Below, piece by piece: positions 59,419 to 64,000 of a stretch of DNA of 64,000 bases. Source of the DNA: Raillietiella orientalis. Its lineage: Eukaryota. The stretch spans positions 248,001 through 312,000 of the forward strand of contig JAYWIR010000016.1 in NCBI GenBank assembly GCA_036172245.1, in the 5' to 3' direction. Position numbers and translations under genes: made by a program. Each line of letters starts with the position of its first letter. Within the stretch, counting starts at the first letter, position 1. The notes under the pieces are model-generated. The model did no database searches and was not told the origin of the DNA. It saw nothing but the letters and a program-made list of their open reading frames with translations.

Positions 59419-62400
59419 CCCCGCAACGTTCACGTGGGCGCTGTCGCCCTCCGCCAGCGGGGCAACGCAGGACAAGCGAGCGAGGAGGGCTCGTGGGTTC
59501 TGCCCAGGTCTCGTTCCGTCCGGCGCGCGGGGTAGCCTCACTCCCTCTACTGGGGCGGGCAGGCGACTCGCAAGCCTAGAGGCGTCAGCGACATAGGCAG
59601 GGCAACCGAGCATCCGGTAGCTGCTGCGGCACCCCTCGTCTGTGAGGGATGGCCGGTTCGGCCTCCCGGAATGTCTCCGTTCTCCAAGGCAGGGGGTGGG
59701 GTCACTCTAGAGTGACTTCGTCACGGAATGGAGCCCCTCCTCTACCCCTCCCCCCCCAGACCGTGCGAGGTCGCTCTTCCACTGCATCCCGGCGGAGGAG
59801 CACATGCACATCGGCGAGACCAAAGGTAGGACGGGGGGAGAGGGGGAGAAACGCGTATCCCCCCTTCAGCTTTTGTCAACAAAGTCCGGGGGAAGAGGAC
59901 AGCAGCAGCCTTGGGGTTGGGATCGTCCTGTCTCGTAGTTCGAGGCATTGCCGGGAGCCTCACAAATTGTTGCATCCCTCCTCGCGTCCCGTCGTTAGCC
60001 GTTCCCGGCACGTGTGCCTTGTGCGCTGGGAACGCAATTGCCTCCCACGACAGCCTCGCTCCAGGGAGGGTAAAGGGCGCAGGGAGGTTTCTGACCCGCT
60101 CCGTTAGACTGTCTCTTGCGCGGGGTGCCGTGGGGGAGTCACCCTAACAGACGGCAGCGCGCCTTGCGACTGGGCGCGGCGCTGCTCGCTTTTCCGTTTT
60201 CCGAGCCATCCTCCAGCCTCCTCGATCCTTCACCTCCGCCGGAGACCGCTGCGTAAAAAAGAAGGAGGGGGGGAAGGGAGGATTGAGGATGACCTGGCCA
60301 ATCCGGAAGACACCGAGGGAAAGGAGCCCCCCCGTTCGCGTGTGGTCTCCGGAAGCGACGCAAGTAGGAAGAGCTCTCGTAGGGATCCCGTGGCAAGCAG
60401 GAAGGGTCATGTGACCAAAGAGCACCCTCGAAGATTGGTGCGCGGCTCGCGGAACCGCCAGTTGTTACCCCGACCCACAGAAGGGGAGAATCGGATCCAG
60501 CGCAAGAAGGAAAGGAGCGCCGCGCCTGAGCGCACATCAGAGGACGCGAGCAGGTGGCACCTGCCCTTCCTCACCCACCTTTCCCGTTTCGCCGACAACC
60601 CCTGCCCAGGGGAGAGAAGTCGAGGCGCGCCACGGATGAACCAGGATACCCTAAGGAGTGAAGCTGGACCCTTGGAAGGCACTCTCATCTGAGCTCCCCG
60701 GGAGGGGCCCCCGAGGACACTGCGGACAAGAGTGCCTGCCAAGGGTCCAGCACCGCGACCGGGAAAGCTTTCCCTCGAACCTTTCCCGAATTTTCCTCTT
60801 TTACCGCCTGGAAGGAGGAAACCGACGCCTCCCAGTGCGCTTTTCCCTCGTTCCGCAACGCTGCCGCAGGAAGGGCGAGCTGCCCTGTCCCCTTCCTGAC
60901 CCCGGAGGAGAAGACGGCAAGGTCTCGCACTTTTTTCCTGGCTCCCTCGAGCCCTCTTCTCTCCTGAAATCCCTCCCTTTCCTGGGGGTCGGATCATCCC
61001 AGTCTCGGGGAGATCGTCCTCGCGCGCGCATTCAGGCCGACCCTCCCCCCTGAGCGGCGGATCAGTAGACGGAACTCCTGGGGGCCTCCCCATCCCTTAT
61101 CTTGAGACAAGGGGAGGGAAGCGGCCGCGATACTACTCTCCTTTCGCAGGAAGTGGAAGGGATCCGCGTGTGATCCACGTTGTCAGGATCGAGCACGCTC
61201 GATAAGCGCACGTGCACAGCTGTTGACCTCGAGGAAGCCCTCGGGAAACGACGAGATCGCTGCTTCTGGACAAAGAGGAGGGATGCGGAGAGGCTCCGGC
61301 GGAGGAAAAGGACACGGGACGAGACCGCCATCCTTTTCGCTCGGGACCTCCGGGGAGCGGAGGAAAAAAAGAGACCGTACAGATGGAGTGGAAAAGGAGG
61401 AGGACGAGAGGGGAGGGGAAGAGGGTCCGAAGAAGAGGACCCCGCGACTCTCTCGGCAAGCGATGCGAGGAGTCGGGGAAGAACATTCCCGCTTCGTGAA
61501 GACGGAAAAGCTTCTGGGAATGCGCAAAAGGTAGGCACACACCCCTACCGGAAGAGGGGAGAGAAGGTCCAGATGCACACGCACCACTCCCACTCCGGTG
61601 GCAGAGACGCCGACGGAGGAGATGGAAGGTGGATGCTGGAGAAAAAGCTCCCACCGTGCTTCCTTCCCCCGACTTTCCCACTGCGCGCTGCTAGTGTGGG
61701 GATGGCGCGGCGTTTTCGCCGGATCGGAAAGGGTCAGTAGGGGCGGGAACGGGGAAGGTGGTAAACGGGAAGCAGCGGCTTTCGGGAGAGCAAAGCCGGC
61801 ACGCGGAGCGGCGCAACGGCGGACATCCCTCTTCCGGTTTGAACAGAGAAGACCTTGACCGCCCCTCTCTCCCCTCGGCGAAACAAAGTCACTCCCTCTC
61901 TTCCTCCCATTCTCCGAAGCAAAAAAAAAGGGAAGAGAGACGTGTGCCGCTCCTTCCTCCGCCTCCGAAGATCCCGGAATGACGAGCGGAGCTCGGCCGA
62001 CAGGACAGGGCACGCAAAAGGAGGAAGATAAGCAGCGGCGGCACCGCCTGCGACCGCGGTGGACGCTGCACCGACGCTTGAACGTGTTCCGCCCGTCACT
62101 TCTTCGTCGCTTCCCGAGGAGAGAGAGGGAGAGAGAAAGGGGGTGGATGGGTAAAAGGGGCGAACGCAGTAGAGGGTGTGCTTCCTCTACAGGCAGAGAC
62201 GACGACAAACTTCGTCCTGGAGGGAGACTTCTCTTACCTCCCCCTGGCATCCCCTGGGCAGGAGGAGCAGTCCGTGTCTCTTCCTCCCACCCAATAAAAC
62301 TGGCAGGAAAAAAAAGGGGGAAAAGAGGGGATGGGGGGCAGCTGCGCGCGCGCGTGCACGTACAGCAACTCTTCCGTCTATCAGCAAGAGGTTACGAAAC

Positions 62401-63710
62401 CGTGACCTCGGCGACGGGGGCTCTATCCTATCGACAAGTGTGCGCGTTTCGGGTCGCAACGACCGGTGCTCTGCACTCGAAAGGAGGGAGGGAGGAGGCT
62501 GAGAACGCAGCCGTGCCCACGCGGTTGCCCCTCGGTTTTTATCTGCCTCCTCTGGAAAAGTCAACAGACTACCGAGGAAATTATCGCGCCTCTTCTTTCC
62601 CCCTCCCGGTAGTCTCCCACGGGAACGCCGCTCCCGAGACGGGAGCAGCAGGAGGAGGTGACGACTCCCTCCTTTCCCCCTCTCCCGTTTCTAGAGCCAC
62701 GCGCTTCCGAAGGAGTTCCGGCGTTTTGGCCGTCTCTCCGGGTGGCGAGAGCGCCGCCGCCGCAAGCGCCAGCGGAGAGGGCGACGGACGATTCCTCCTT
62801 CCCTCCCATCCCTGCTCCAGAAACAAACAAGCAAACAGCGCAGAGGAGAGTGTGAGGGAGCGGAAGGAAGCCGCTCCCGTTGCGGAGAGGGAGGTCCTGG
62901 CATCCGCAGAGTGCGCCGTCGCGCGGAGCTGTGCGACCCACGCGCGGAGGCGGAAGAGGGGGAGAAGAAAAAGGAGGAGGAGGGAGTGCATCCTTGCCGG
63001 CCCACTGGAAGAGAATGGACATCGCCTGCGACAACAGGACGGACGATGGCCGGTTCGCGATCGACCCGAAGGCCCGGGCGGTTTCTTCCCACGCGGGCGA
63101 ATGCGCACTCGCGTGCCTCAGGGGACGGCCACCCGGCCACCACCTGACAGCTGCGCTCCACATCCGCACCGGAGGAGGCCACCAAGAGCGACAGAGGGAA
63201 GACACAGCATCCGATGCCACCGGAAGATAAATCCGATGTGAGAAGATGAACCCTCGGAAGATTTAAGAGTTCGGCAATTCGCGGATGTTACAGAAGCGCA
63301 CGAACTCAAGTTAGCATCTCATGGTGCTCTCTAGCTGTTCGTTACATACAATTTACTGCCGCTTGATGTAACGGAATCTGCACGAATTTCAAAAGGTGCG
63401 GAAAAGTGGCACTTGGCTGTGACTAAAGAGAAAATCGGTGGAAAAAAAAATTCTCCATCACGTGCGGCCATTCAGCCGAGAGATGCCATACTGACGTCTC
63501 CTAATTGAATGAAAGTTGTGGGTCACCGCTTATAGAGCGGAAGCAAGGGCCCCGCGTAAAATGGAGACGAGAAAGGGGACCTACGTGGTGTGGCGGTGGT
63601 GAGAATCATTGAAGGGGGAGGGGGGAGTGTGCTCGGGAGTGGGTAACCTGCCATCAGCATTTATCTCCTCCCTGCTCCGCGAGGTCTGCGCGCGCGGAGA
63701 AGGAGAGAAC

Positions 63711-64000
63711 CTCCCCCTCCTCTCTCCAGACACCTGCGAAGACTCTGGAGGTGAAGACGTCTCGCGCGCCCAGGGTTCATCCATCCCCTCTCCTACTGCC
63801 CGCTGCATACGATCCCCGGTTCCGTGGGCGCCGACGAGGGAAGAGGGAGGAGAGCGTCGCCCTTCCTACCCGTGGACTCCGAGCGCCGACGGTATGGAGG
63901 GACCTACGGGAGGTGCACGCGGCAGCCCGTCAGCAGCGCCAGAAGCGCCGTTGCCGTCACTGCCTGCAGCAAGTCGAAGGGGCCGCTCGTTTGCCTGTCC
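63711..64000 (+). repeat. Dispersed direct repeat, copy 2 (runs off the window end)
   Basis: Diverged copy of 59193-59418 with about 60 bp of extra internal sequence. Confidence 0.85.

Overview
GC-rich, intron-containing animal genomic DNA. Several TTTTCAG/TTTCAG acceptors suggest a nematode, which is an inference. Nearly all ORFs in the supplied track are spurious products of high GC. Two spliced genes can be reconstructed with consistent exon phases. (1) On the minus strand, a 5'-partial SZT2 (KICSTOR scaffold) gene has 33 exons at 57344->35903 encoding about 2448 aa; its N-terminal part is not found in the window. (2) On the plus strand, a 9-exon gene at 21756-35657 encodes an uncharacterised 541-aa protein with a basic N-terminus, a polybasic NLS-like tract and a DSGxxS motif. 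The two genes converge with 245 bp between their stop codons. The first ~19 kb has no recognisable gene. It holds a near-perfect 1399-bp inverted duplication (2927-4325 / 7730-9128), a dispersed repeat with a tRNA-like head and A-rich tail, and a decayed non-LTR retrotransposon. Further LINE fossils lie in introns. No rRNA, intact tRNA, CRISPR array or convincing ribozyme was found. I found no clear-cut novel system; the best leads are the inverted duplication, the SINE-like family, the orphan gene and the self-complementary short introns.
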